A stretch of 64,000 nt of DNA, taken from assembly GCF_001677475.2 (NCBI RefSeq), contig NZ_CP015229.1. One strand, written 5' to 3'. Below the pieces are notes generated by a model. It searched no databases and had not been told where the DNA came from. It saw only the letters and a program-made list of their open reading frames with translations. The translations under genes and the position numbers were made by a program. Shown here piece by piece: positions 33,115 to 44,562 of this stretch (position 1 is the stretch's first letter; each line of letters starts with the position of its first letter). This DNA is from Escherichia coli. GTDB lineage: Bacteria > Pseudomonadota > Gammaproteobacteria > Enterobacterales > Enterobacteriaceae.

Positions 33115-33250
33115 AATTCGCTCCATTAGGCTTATGGTATGAAATAACCATAGCATAACAAAGATGCGAAAAGTGTGACATGGAATAAATTAGTGGAATC
33201 GTTTACACAAGAATTTAGCCGTTTTTTATGCGCGATTAAGTGATTATAAA
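33115..33250 (-). promoter_or_regulatory. gal operon promoter region (P1/P2, CRP site)
   Basis: Minus-strand reads ...TTATTCCATGTCACACTTTTCGCATCTTTGTTATGCTATGGTTATTTCATACCATAAGCC, the classical gal promoter. Confidence 0.8.
33193..33208 (-). promoter_or_regulatory. gal external operator OE
   Basis: Plus-strand gtggaatcgtttacac is the reverse complement of GTGTAAACGATTCCAC. Confidence 0.8.
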
Positions 33251-33375
33251 ACAGAGGGTTTATGAATGATTGCGCTTTTTATCTGAAAAAAAGACGCGGT
33301 TTCATGCCTGGATGTGTCTGACCGTGAGCCGGATAACACGTTTACGCCACATCCGGCACGGTCAGCACTACCGAC

Positions 33376-34848
33376 TCAATTTATTTTTGTCAGCACATAG
33401 CGATAGAGTCCACCGTCCGGCACGAACTCCAGACGATGTGTAATACAGGCTGGCGCATCTTCGGCGTGGTGCGAAACAAACAATAACTGCGTTTCACCTT
33501 CGCTAATCAGCACATCAACAAATCTACGGATAAGCTGGCGATTCAGCGGATCAAGCCCTTGCAATGGTTCATCAAGAATAAGCAAGGTCGGATGCTTCAC
33601 TAGTGCGCGGACGATCAATGCCAGACGCTGTTGTCCCCAGGAAAGACTATGGAAAGGAGCGTCAGCCGTGCGTTTATCAATGCCGAGAATATCCAGCCAC
33701 TGTTGCACCAGTTTTTGCTGGCGATCCGAAACGGCCTGATAAATGCCAATCGAATCAAAATAGCCAGAAAGGATCACATTACGCACAGTGGTGCTGACGC
33801 GGTAATCCAGATGCAAACTACTGCTGACGTAACCGATATGCTTTTTGATATCCCAGATGGTTTCGCCGCTGCCACGGCGTCGTCCGAAAAGCGTCAAATC
33901 GTTGCTGTAACCTTGCGGGTGATCGCCAGTAATCAGGCTTAATAACGTCGATTTTCCCGCGCCATTTGGCCCGATAATTTGCCAGTGTTCGCCTGGATTC
34001 ACCTGCCAGCTAAGGTTATTAAGAATGGGGCGATCGTTATAAGAAACTACGCCATTGTTCAGCACAATGCGCGGTTCGCTGGCGGGTAAGGCGTGACGCG
34101 CTGAAGGCTCATCCGGTTCCGGCAGTTGCACACCATCAAGTCGCTCGCTGTGCGCCAGTTGCGCGACGAGAGCTTGCTGGAGCAGTTCCTCTTTAGCGCC
34201 CGTTTCTGCTAACGTGCAATCCGCCAGCACTCCGGCAAACTGGACAAATTCCGGGATCTCATCGAAGCGATTGAGCACCAGTACCAGAGTAATACCGGAC
34301 TGATGTAACGAGGCGAGTAGCTCAGCCAGCTGCTGACGTGAGGCAACGTCAAGGCCATCGAACGGTTCATCAAGAATCAACAAGTCAGGCTCCGACATCA
34401 GCGCCTGACAGAGCAGGGTTTTTCGCGTCTCGCCAGTGGAAAGGTATTTAAAGCGTCGGTCGAGGAGTGCGGTAATACCGAACTGCTGTGCCAGTTGCAT
34501 GCAACGCGGTGCATCCTTTACTTCATCCTGAATGATCTCAGCCGTAGTGCGTCCGGTGTCATCTTCGCCAGGGCCGAGCATATCGGTGTTATTCCGCTGC
34601 CATTCGTCGCTGACGAGCTTTTGCAATTGCTCGAAAGAGAGACGAGTGATGTGGGAAAACTGGCTTTGCCGTTCACCTTTCAAAAGCGGAAGTTCCCCCG
34701 CCAGCGCGCGGGCCAGCGCCGACTTTCCACTTCCATTCGAACCGACAAACGCCCAACTATCACCCGCGTTTAACGTTAGCTGAGGCAATTGCAGCGTTTT
34801 TGTGTCGCTAAGACGAAACGTGCCTTGCAAAATTTGCAACGATGACAT
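33376..34848 (-). CDS. modF: ABC-family ATPase ModF (two ATP-binding domains)
   Basis: Two Walker A motifs (GSNGSGKS, GPNGAGKS); start at MSSLQIL (490 aa). Confidence 0.93.
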   Translation of the reverse strand: MSSLQILQGTFRLSDTKTLQLPQLTLNAGDSWAFVGSNGSGKSALARALAGELPLLKGERQSQFSHITRLSFEQLQKLVSDEWQRNNTDMLGPGEDDTGRTTAEIIQDEVKDAPRCMQLAQQFGITALLDRRFKYLSTGETRKTLLCQALMSEPDLLILDEPFDGLDVASRQQLAELLASLHQSGITLVLVLNRFDEIPEFVQFAGVLADCTLAETGAKEELLQQALVAQLAHSERLDGVQLPEPDEPSARHALPASEPRIVLNNGVVSYNDRPILNNLSWQVNPGEHWQIIGPNGAGKSTLLSLITGDHPQGYSNDLTLFGRRRGSGETIWDIKKHIGYVSSSLHLDYRVSTTVRNVILSGYFDSIGIYQAVSDRQQKLVQQWLDILGIDKRTADAPFHSLSWGQQRLALIVRALVKHPTLLILDEPLQGLDPLNRQLIRRFVDVLISEGETQLLFVSHHAEDAPACITHRLEFVPDGGLYRYVLTKIN

Positions 34849-34915
34849 TTTATATCCCATTTTGTGCAGCGATTACTGACAGGGATACGTGTTTCATAAC
34901 AAATTGTCAACACGC

Positions 34916-35704
34916 TTAGCACAGCGTGGCGATAATCACGCTGTCGGCATTAAAGTAGGCCGTGACATTCTGTCCTTGCTGAAGAGAAGTCGCTTCATTT
35001 ACCGGCACTGTGGCGCACAGTGTTTGCCCGTCGGGTAGCGCCATTAATACTTCGCACTGCTCTGCGCCGCGCTCAATATGACTAATAATACCCGGTAATT
35101 GGTTGTCGGCGTTTTGTGCGACCGCTTCGTCCTGAGTAATGCCTACCCACGGCGCTTTTAGCAATATCAACACTTCTTTGCCTTCATCCAGCCCCAGACG
35201 TGCGCCGCTTTGTGCGGTAATTGCGACTTTCAGGCGTGTTTTTCCGTCAGCCAGTAAGACATCAACATGCTGTTGAACGTCATCATGATCGCGGGCGGTG
35301 ATGGTGCCGAACCACTGGTTACGGGCGCTGGTTTGCAGTGAAAAACGTGAGATCGCGGCCAGCAGGCTGTTCAGCGGCAGGGCGTCATCGTCACTTAACA
35401 CATCAAAGGCTTTTTGCTGGATTTGCGCCAGTAAGTCATAGAGCTGAATCAGTCGCTGACCATAGCGGGTCAGAACTGCGCCGCCGCCACCTTTACCGCC
35501 TGTTGCGCGCTCGACCAGAATATGCTCACTTAACTGATTCATTTCGTTAATGGCATCCCAGGCACTTTTATAGCTGATACCGGCATCTTTCGCTCCCTGG
35601 CTAATGGAACCGGAAAGCGCAATGTGTTTTAGTAGCGAAATGCGGCGCGGGTCGGCGAATAATTTTTGTTGGAGCTTAAGGGTGAGAAGGATTTCGGCCT
35701 GCAT
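34916..35704 (-). CDS. modE: Molybdate-responsive transcriptional regulator ModE
   Basis: 262-aa ORF with N-terminal HTH and C-terminal di-Mop domains. Confidence 0.95.
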   Translation of the reverse strand: MQAEILLTLKLQQKLFADPRRISLLKHIALSGSISQGAKDAGISYKSAWDAINEMNQLSEHILVERATGGKGGGGAVLTRYGQRLIQLYDLLAQIQQKAFDVLSDDDALPLNSLLAAISRFSLQTSARNQWFGTITARDHDDVQQHVDVLLADGKTRLKVAITAQSGARLGLDEGKEVLILLKAPWVGITQDEAVAQNADNQLPGIISHIERGAEQCEVLMALPDGQTLCATVPVNEATSLQQGQNVTAYFNADSVIIATLC

Positions 35705-35814
35705 AACAATGTCCTGACAAAAGTCTTATTGTGACGGAAAACGAACGCCACGCAAAGCTGACAGCACAAAAGGGGAGTGCTTTTCTGTGCTTAGCGGTTA
35801 GAATAGTCTCATGA

Positions 35815-35982
<168 letters not shown>

Positions 35983-36105
35983 TTCCCTGAATGCCCGCTT
36001 AGTCGGGCATTTTCTTTTTCTCAACTTCCTGCTTTTCCTGCCGATATTTTTTCTCATCTACCTCACAAAGGTTAGCAATAACTGCTGGGAAAATTCCGAA
36101 CTTGC

Positions 36106-36130
36106 CGTTATATTGACGCCTACATAACGT
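36106..36130 (+). promoter_or_regulatory. ModE operator in modA promoter
   Basis: cgttatattgacgcctacataacg with CGTTATAT / TACATAACG half-sites about 20 bp upstream of modA. Confidence 0.6.
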
Positions 36131-36148
36131 TAGATTAAGGGGTTACCA

Positions 36149-36922
36149 ATGGCTCGTAAATGGTTGAACTTGTTTGCCGGGGCGGCACTCTCTTTCGCTG
36201 TTGCTGGCAATGCACTGGCAGATGAAGGGAAAATCACGGTGTTCGCCGCCGCATCACTGACTAACGCAATGCAGGACATTGCTACGCAGTATAAAAAAGA
36301 GAAAGGCGTGGATGTGGTTTCTTCTTTCGCTTCGTCATCTACTCTCGCCCGTCAGATTGAAGCGGGAGCCCCTGCGGATCTGTTTATTTCTGCCGATCAG
36401 AAATGGATGGATTATGCGGTTGATAAAAAAGCGATCGATACAGCTACGCGTCAGACACTGCTCGGCAATAGCCTGGTCGTTGTAGCACCGAAAGCCAGCG
36501 AGCAGAAAGATTTCACCATCGACAGCAAAACCAACTGGACTTCGCTGCTGAATGGCGGTCGCCTCGCGGTTGGCGATCCGGAACATGTCCCTGCTGGCAT
36601 TTATGCAAAAGAAGCACTGCAAAAACTGGGCGCATGGGATACGCTCTCCCCGAAACTGGCTCCGGCGGAAGATGTTCGTGGCGCGCTGGCGTTGGTCGAA
36701 CGCAATGAAGCGCCGCTGGGCATTGTTTACGGTTCTGACGCAGTTGCCAGCAAAGGGGTAAAAGTGGTCGCCACCTTCCCGGAAGATTCACATAAAAAAG
36801 TGGAATATCCGGTTGCTGTTGTGGAAGGGCATAACAATGCGACAGTGAAAGCATTTTATGATTATTTGAAAGGGCCGCAGGCTGCGGAAATCTTTAAACG
36901 TTACGGATTTACAACCAAGTAA
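36149..36922 (+). CDS. modA: Molybdate ABC transporter periplasmic binding protein
   Basis: 257-aa ORF with signal peptide. Confidence 0.96.
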   Translation: MARKWLNLFAGAALSFAVAGNALADEGKITVFAAASLTNAMQDIATQYKKEKGVDVVSSFASSSTLARQIEAGAPADLFISADQKWMDYAVDKKAIDTATRQTLLGNSLVVVAPKASEQKDFTIDSKTNWTSLLNGGRLAVGDPEHVPAGIYAKEALQKLGAWDTLSPKLAPAEDVRGALALVERNEAPLGIVYGSDAVASKGVKVVATFPEDSHKKVEYPVAVVEGHNNATVKAFYDYLKGPQAAEIFKRYGFTTK

Positions 36923-37611
36923 TGATACTGACCGATCCAGAATGGCAGGCAGTTTTATTAAGCCTGAAAGTTTCTTCCCTGGCTGTGCTGTTTAGCCTGC
37001 CGTTTGGGATCTTTTTTGCCTGGTTACTGGTGCGTTGCACGTTTCCGGGCAAAGCTCTGCTCGACAGCGTACTGCATCTACCGCTGGTGTTACCGCCCGT
37101 GGTCGTCGGTTACTTATTATTAGTTTCGATGGGACGGCGCGGATTTATCGGTGAACGTCTGTATGACTGGTTTGGTATTACCTTCGCCTTTAGCTGGCGC
37201 GGCGCGGTTCTCGCTGCCGCCGTCATGTCGTTTCCGCTGATGGTGCGGGCAATTCGTCTGGCGCTGGAAGGGGTTGATGTCAAACTGGAACAGGCCGCAA
37301 GAACACTGGGGGCCGGGCGCTGGCGCGTTTTCTTTACTATCACGTTACCGCTGACCTTACCGGGAATTATTGTTGGTACGGTACTGGCTTTTGCTCGTTC
37401 TCTCGGTGAATTTGGCGCAACCATCACCTTTGTGTCGAACATTCCTGGTGAAACGCGAACCATTCCTTCGGCCATGTATACCCTGATCCAGACCCCCGGC
37501 GGGGAAAGTGGCGCAGCGAGACTGTGCATTATTTCTATTGCGCTGGCGATGATCTCCCTGTTGATTTCAGAATGGCTGGCCAGAATCAGCCGTGAACGGG
37601 CGGGGCGCTAA
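36922..37611 (+). CDS. modB: Molybdate ABC transporter permease
   Basis: 229-aa multi-TM permease. Confidence 0.96.
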   Translation: MILTDPEWQAVLLSLKVSSLAVLFSLPFGIFFAWLLVRCTFPGKALLDSVLHLPLVLPPVVVGYLLLVSMGRRGFIGERLYDWFGITFAFSWRGAVLAAAVMSFPLMVRAIRLALEGVDVKLEQAARTLGAGRWRVFFTITLPLTLPGIIVGTVLAFARSLGEFGATITFVSNIPGETRTIPSAMYTLIQTPGGESGAARLCIISIALAMISLLISEWLARISRERAGR

Positions 37612-37613
37612 TC

Positions 37614-38672
37614 ATGCTGGAACTGAATTTTTCCCAGACGTTGGGCAACCATTGCCTGACTATTAATGAAACGCTGCCCGCCAATGGCATCACTGCTATC
37701 TTTGGCGTCTCCGGTGCCGGAAAAACTTCGCTGATTAACGCCATCAGTGGACTGACGCGCCCGCAAAAAGGGAGGATTGTCCTCAATGGTCGGGTACTAA
37801 ATGACGCCGATAAAGGTATCTGCCTGACGCCAGAAAAGCGTCGCGTAGGCTATGTGTTTCAGGATGCGCGGCTGTTTCCGCATTATAAAGTGCGTGGCAA
37901 TTTGCGCTACGGCATGGCGAAAAGCATGGTCGATCAGTTCGATAAGCTGGTGGCGCTTTTAGGCATTGAACCGTTGCTTGACCGTTTACCGGGCAGCCTG
38001 TCCGGAGGCGAAAAACAGCGTGTGGCGATTGGGCGGGCTTTGCTGACAGCACCGGAATTGCTGTTGCTGGATGAACCGCTGGCGTCACTGGATATTCCGC
38101 GTAAACGCGAACTGTTGCCTTATCTGCAACGTTTGACGCGGGAAATCAACATTCCGATGTTGTATGTCAGCCATTCGCTGGATGAGATCCTCCATCTGGC
38201 AGACAGAGTGATGGTACTGGAAAACGGTCAGGTGAAAGCCTTTGGCGCGCTGGAAGAAGTCTGGGGTAGTAGCGTGATGAATCCGTGGCTGCCGAAAGAG
38301 CAACAAAGTAGCATTCTGAAAGTGACGGTGCTTGAGCATCATCCGCATTACGCGATGACCGCGCTGGCGCTGGGCGATCAGCATTTGTGGGTCAATAAGC
38401 TGGACGAACCGCTGCAAGCTGCGCTACGTATCCGCATTCAGGCTTCCGATGTTTCTCTGGTTTTACAACCGCCGCAGCAAACCAGCATTCGTAACGTATT
38501 GCGGGCAAAAGTTGTTAATAGTTATGACGACAACGGCCAGGTGGAAGTGGAGTTGGAAGTCGGCGGTAAAACGCTGTGGGCGCGTATCAGCCCGTGGGCC
38601 AGGGATGAACTGGCGATCAAACCTGGCCTGTGGCTGTATGCGCAAATTAAAAGTGTGTCGATAACCGCCTGA
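37614..38672 (+). CDS. modC: Molybdate ABC transporter ATPase
   Basis: 352-aa ORF with Walker [10 protein letters not shown] and signature LSGGEKQR. Confidence 0.96.
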   Translation: MLELNFSQTLGNHCLTINETLPANGITAIFGVSGAGKTSLINAISGLTRPQKGRIVLNGRVLNDADKGICLTPEKRRVGYVFQDARLFPHYKVRGNLRYGMAKSMVDQFDKLVALLGIEPLLDRLPGSLSGGEKQRVAIGRALLTAPELLLLDEPLASLDIPRKRELLPYLQRLTREINIPMLYVSHSLDEILHLADRVMVLENGQVKAFGALEEVWGSSVMNPWLPKEQQSSILKVTVLEHHPHYAMTALALGDQHLWVNKLDEPLQAALRIRIQASDVSLVLQPPQQTSIRNVLRAKVVNSYDDNGQVEVELEVGGKTLWARISPWARDELAIKPGLWLYAQIKSVSITA

Positions 38673-39491
38673 TTAAATCAGGTGGCTATAAATGAACCGG
38701 GCAATGCTGTCGGTGGTGTTATCACCAATCACAATGTTGGCGCGCGCTTTTACTGCGTCATCGGCGTTGCCCATCGCTACACCCGTTCCGGCGGCTTCCA
38801 GCATACTGATATCATTAAAGTTATCGCCGAACGCCACGACGTTTTCCATCGACCAGCCTTGCGCCTCAACCCATTTCATCAAACGTTTACCTTTGCTGTT
38901 GCCGCCGCGTGCAATATCAACCTGATCGTGCCAGGACCATTCGCACTCCAGTCCTAATTCATGTTCAACATGCTTACCAAAATGCTGCAATTGCGGCAGG
39001 TCATCGTGCGTCAGGGCGAACTTCCATACGGCGTTAACTTGTTGCGCCGTTTCAGCCAGAGAAGCGACTTGTGTGAAAGTCGGACGCTGTTCCGGCGGCA
39101 GGGTTTGCGCCCAGTTAGACGTGCGAATGACATGCCCGGTCGGGTGCTCATAGACCATTGCATCATCGACATACATCAGACCGTGAATGTGGTGTTCATT
39201 CAGCATCTCAATGAGTTGCAGGGCTTTATTAACGGGCATTGGGTCCGCTTCCAGCACGGTTTTTGCATGATAATCATACAAATAGGTGCCATTACAGCAA
39301 ATAGCAGGTGTATCCAGCGCCAGCGCCTGATAAAAAGGATGAATAGCGACGTGATGGCGACCTGTGACGATGATTAATTGATAGCCTGCTTCGCGAGCGC
39401 GGGCCAGGGCTTCTATCGATGATGGAAGCAAGGTCTTTTTCGGGGTCAATAAGGTGCCGTCTAAGTCGAGAGCAATCACGCGTGTGGTCAT
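38673..39491 (-). CDS. ybhA: HAD-family sugar/pyridoxal phosphate phosphatase YbhA
   Basis: MTTRVIALDLDGTLL HAD motif; internal start chosen (272 aa). Confidence 0.92.
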   Translation of the reverse strand: MTTRVIALDLDGTLLTPKKTLLPSSIEALARAREAGYQLIIVTGRHHVAIHPFYQALALDTPAICCNGTYLYDYHAKTVLEADPMPVNKALQLIEMLNEHHIHGLMYVDDAMVYEHPTGHVIRTSNWAQTLPPEQRPTFTQVASLAETAQQVNAVWKFALTHDDLPQLQHFGKHVEHELGLECEWSWHDQVDIARGGNSKGKRLMKWVEAQGWSMENVVAFGDNFNDISMLEAAGTGVAMGNADDAVKARANIVIGDNTTDSIARFIYSHLI

Positions 39492-39609
39492 GGCGTATTC
39501 CAGATTAAGGTTAAGAATTTTCGTCTGTGCGAATGGTACACCGATACCACTATCGGACAAAATTCTGCGTTTTAATTCAGCATTCACCGCCAAAAGCGAC
39601 TAATTTTAG

Positions 39610-40641
<1,032 letters not shown>

Positions 40642-40681
40642 CCGCTGATTTACCCGGCGCAGTCTCTCCTGCGCCGGTGTA

Positions 40682-41635
40682 TTAACCTATCTCCTGTAAC
40701 GCATGTCTCTGGCGTTCGACGATATTGGTCCACAAGTTATCTTTATCGTCGGTCCATAAATTAATCAGCAAGGCAAAAAAGCGTTCTGCAGCCGGAGAAA
40801 GCACGGCATCTTTGCGGCGAATAATCCCCAATGTCCGACGTATAACCGGTTCCACCAGCGGGATACCAATAATCGAAGAATAGGGTGCATGGGGCATTGC
40901 CAGACCAGGAAGCGCCGAAATCCCCAGTCCCGCCTCCACCAGTCCTAATGACGTCGAAAGATGACGCACTTCGTAAAACCAGTCCAGCTTCCAGGGCTTG
41001 TCGGCCAGCTGTTGTTCTATCAACAGTCGGTTGCCGCTGGAGGAGCGCACGCCAATCATTTTGTAACCCACTAACTCCTGCCATTCTACAAGCTGCTTTT
41101 TGGCCAATGGATGGTCACGCCGACAGGCCAGCACGAACGGCTCGTTGACCAGTGGGGTAAAATCAATGGATGAATTTGTGACGTTGTTCATGTTTATGCC
41201 AAAGTCTGATTCGTTACACAGCACCGATTCCATGCAATTATTCGTGCCTTGTTCCAGAATCCGCACTTTAATATTGGGATACAGCTCATTAAATTTACCA
41301 ATTGCCAGTGGTAAAAAATAAAATACTGCGGTCGGAATACACGCTAACGTCACCATACCACGATGATAAGCATTCATATCACGAATGCTAAAAAGCGTTT
41401 CATCGAATTTCTTTATTAATTCCCGCGCCTCCGGGAGCAACCTTTTTCCTGCTTTTGTTAACGTAACCTTGCGAGTTGTACGCTCAAAAAGTTGTATGTG
41501 TAAATCTTCTTCCATCTTTTTTATTCTTCGCGTTAATGCAGGTTGCGTAATATTGAGTAATTTAGCGGCATTGTTAAATGAACTGGACTCTGCCAGTATG
41601 ACAAATGCCTTCATACTTGATAATTCATGCTTCAT
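40682..41635 (-). CDS. ybhD: LysR-family transcriptional regulator YbhD
   Basis: HTH segment SSFNNAAKLLNITQPALTRRIKKMEEDL; start at MKHELSSMKAF (317 aa) is my choice and is uncertain. Confidence 0.88.
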   Translation of the reverse strand: MKHELSSMKAFVILAESSSFNNAAKLLNITQPALTRRIKKMEEDLHIQLFERTTRKVTLTKAGKRLLPEARELIKKFDETLFSIRDMNAYHRGMVTLACIPTAVFYFLPLAIGKFNELYPNIKVRILEQGTNNCMESVLCNESDFGINMNNVTNSSIDFTPLVNEPFVLACRRDHPLAKKQLVEWQELVGYKMIGVRSSSGNRLLIEQQLADKPWKLDWFYEVRHLSTSLGLVEAGLGISALPGLAMPHAPYSSIIGIPLVEPVIRRTLGIIRRKDAVLSPAAERFFALLINLWTDDKDNLWTNIVERQRHALQEIG

Positions 41636-41818
41636 TATTACTCCGGAAAATGGAAGCGACGATTTTGGGTGGCTGGCCGTTAAAAATTTTAACTGCATTT
41701 AGCCAACTTAAATTAATGAAAAAATGTTATTAATCGTTGAGCTAAAGTCATTAGAGATGCTTTGCCCTTAATGTAACCATATCGCAATAAGTTATGTTTT
41801 TAAATTGAGGGCATTATT

Positions 41819-42871
41819 ATGAAAAAAATACCCTGCGTGATGATGCGAGGTGGAACCTCGAGGGGCGCGTTCCTGTTAGCGGAACATCTACCCGAAGATC
41901 AAACGCAGCGCGATAAAATATTGATGGCAATTATGGGTTCCGGTAACGATCTGGAAATTGACGGTATTGGCGGCGGTAATCCGCTGACCAGTAAAGTCGC
42001 CATTATTAGCCGCTCCAGCGATCCGCGTGCAGATGTCGATTATCTGTTTGCTCAAGTTATCGTCCATGAGCAATGTGTCGATACCACGCCTAACTGCGGC
42101 AATATGCTGTCTGGCGTTGGGGCATTCGCCATTGAAAATGGTTTGATTGCAGCGACTTCGCCAGTTACCCGCGTACGTATCCGCAACGTCAATACTGGTA
42201 CGTTCATCGAGGCTGATGTGCAAACGCCAAATGGTGTTGTCGAGTACGAGGGTAGCGCCAGAATTGACGGCGTACCGGGTACTGCCGCACCGGTTGCGCT
42301 CACTTTCCTGAATGCCGCCGGAACCAAAACCGGAAAAGTCTTCCCGACTGATAATCAGATTGATTATTTTGACGATGTCCCGGTGACCTGTATCGATATG
42401 GCGATGCCAGTTGTCATTATTCCTGCTGAATATCTGGGAAAAACAGGCTATGAATTACCGGCGGAGCTGGATGCCGACAAAGCATTATTAGCCCGCATTG
42501 AATCTATCCGTCTACAAGCGGGTAAAGCAATGGGCTTAGGTGATGTCAGTAATATGGTTATCCCTAAACCTGTGCTTATTTCTCCAGCGCAGAAAGGCGG
42601 GGCAATTAATGTGCGTTATTTTATGCCGCATTCTTGCCATCGCGCGCTGGCGATAACCGGTGCTATTGCTATTTCCAGTAGTTGTGCATTGGAAGGCACC
42701 GTCACCCGACAAATCGTCCCTTCTGTTGGATACGGCAATATCAATATTGAACACCCCAGTGGTGCGCTTGACGTTCATTTAAGCAATGAGGGTCAGGATG
42801 CCACGACGTTACGCGCATCTGTTATTCGGACGACCAGAAAAATATTTTCCGGTGAAGTTTATCTTCCCTGA
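41819..42871 (+). CDS. ybhH: PrpF/AcnD-accessory family isomerase YbhH
   Basis: 350-aa ORF, divergent from ybhD. Confidence 0.9.
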   Translation: MKKIPCVMMRGGTSRGAFLLAEHLPEDQTQRDKILMAIMGSGNDLEIDGIGGGNPLTSKVAIISRSSDPRADVDYLFAQVIVHEQCVDTTPNCGNMLSGVGAFAIENGLIAATSPVTRVRIRNVNTGTFIEADVQTPNGVVEYEGSARIDGVPGTAAPVALTFLNAAGTKTGKVFPTDNQIDYFDDVPVTCIDMAMPVVIIPAEYLGKTGYELPAELDADKALLARIESIRLQAGKAMGLGDVSNMVIPKPVLISPAQKGGAINVRYFMPHSCHRALAITGAIAISSSCALEGTVTRQIVPSVGYGNINIEHPSGALDVHLSNEGQDATTLRASVIRTTRKIFSGEVYLP

Positions 42872-42946
42872 AAAAATTCTTTGTCGTGATAAGGACAATC
42901 AATAAAGGACTTCTGTATGAGTCATACAGAAAGAACAGGATTTTAA

Positions 42947-44380
42947 ATGAATAAGAAATCGTTATGGAAGCTAATTCTGATATTAGCGATCCCATGTATT
43001 ATTGGCTTTATGCCAGCTCCGGCAGGATTAAGCGAACTGGCGTGGGTACTGTTTGGTATCTACCTTGCGGCAATTGTGGGTCTGGTTATTAAGCCATTCC
43101 CGGAACCTGTCGTACTGTTAATTGCGGTTGCCGCTTCAATGGTCGTCGTGGGTAACTTATCCGACGGTGCGTTTAAGACCACCGCCGTATTAAGCGGTTA
43201 CTCTTCAGGTACCACCTGGCTGGTGTTCTCGGCGTTCACCTTAAGCGCCGCATTTGTGACCACCGGCTTAGGCAAACGTATAGCCTATCTGCTGATTGGT
43301 AAAATCGGTAACACCACGCTGGGTCTGGGTTACGTTACGGTATTCCTCGATCTGGTACTGGCTCCGGCAACACCGTCTAACACCGCGCGTGCGGGCGGCA
43401 TTGTGTTACCGATCATCAACAGTGTGGCGGTGGCTTTGGGGTCCGAACCGGAAAAAAGTCCGCGTCGTGTCGGACATTACCTGATGATGTCCATTTACAT
43501 GGTCACCAAAACCACCAGCTATATGTTCTTTACCGCAATGGCGGGGAACATTCTGGCGCTGAAAATGATTAACGACATTCTGCACCTGCAAATTAGCTGG
43601 GGTGGATGGGCGCTGGCCGCCGGATTGCCGGGCATCATTATGCTGCTGGTCACCCCGCTGGTGATTTACACCATGTATCCGCCAGAAATTAAGAAGGTGG
43701 ATAATAAAACCATCGCCAAAGCGGGCCTTGCCGAACTGGGACCGATGAAAATCCGCGAAAAAATGCTGCTCGGTGTCTTTGTGCTGGCGCTGCTGGGCTG
43801 GATTTTCAGTAAGTCCCTGGGGGTTGATGAATCCACCGTGGCAATCGTTGTTATGGCGACCATGCTGCTGCTGGGTATCGTTACCTGGGAAGACGTGGTT
43901 AAAAATAAAGGCGGCTGGAATACCTTAATCTGGTACGGCGGTATTATCGGCTTAAGCTCCTTATTATCGAAAGTTAAATTCTTCGAATGGTTAGCTGAAG
44001 TCTTTAAAAATAACTTGGCATTTGATGGTCACGGTAACGTTGCTTTCTTCGTTATTATTTTCCTCAGCATCATCGTTCGTTATTTCTTCGCTTCCGGTAG
44101 TGCCTATATCGTTGCTATGTTACCGGTATTTGCCATGCTGGCGAACGTCTCCGGCGCACCGTTAATGTTAACCGCGCTGGCACTGTTGTTCTCCAACTCC
44201 TATGGCGGCATGGTTACTCACTATGGCGGCGCGGCAGGTCCGGTCATCTTTGGCGTGGGTTATAACGATATTAAATCCTGGTGGTTGGTCGGTGCGGTAC
44301 TGACGATATTAACCTTCCTGGTGCATATCACCCTTGGCGTGTGGTGGTGGAATATGCTGATCGGCTGGAACATGCTGTAA
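42947..44380 (+). CDS. ybhI: DASS-family anion (di/tricarboxylate) transporter YbhI
   Basis: 477-aa multi-TM ORF. Confidence 0.92.
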   Translation: MNKKSLWKLILILAIPCIIGFMPAPAGLSELAWVLFGIYLAAIVGLVIKPFPEPVVLLIAVAASMVVVGNLSDGAFKTTAVLSGYSSGTTWLVFSAFTLSAAFVTTGLGKRIAYLLIGKIGNTTLGLGYVTVFLDLVLAPATPSNTARAGGIVLPIINSVAVALGSEPEKSPRRVGHYLMMSIYMVTKTTSYMFFTAMAGNILALKMINDILHLQISWGGWALAAGLPGIIMLLVTPLVIYTMYPPEIKKVDNKTIAKAGLAELGPMKIREKMLLGVFVLALLGWIFSKSLGVDESTVAIVVMATMLLLGIVTWEDVVKNKGGWNTLIWYGGIIGLSSLLSKVKFFEWLAEVFKNNLAFDGHGNVAFFVIIFLSIIVRYFFASGSAYIVAMLPVFAMLANVSGAPLMLTALALLFSNSYGGMVTHYGGAAGPVIFGVGYNDIKSWWLVGAVLTILTFLVHITLGVWWWNMLIGWNML

Positions 44381-44562
44381 ATATACTCGTCATACTTCAA
44401 GTTGCATGTGCTGCGTCTGCGTTCGCTCACCCCAGTCACTTACTTATGTAAGCTCCTGGGGATTCACTCGCTTGTCGCCTTCCTGCAACTCGAATTATTT
44501 AGAGTATATCCATTTATTATCTTTCTGCGCACTTCACGGTGCGCAGATATCTGGAGCATTTG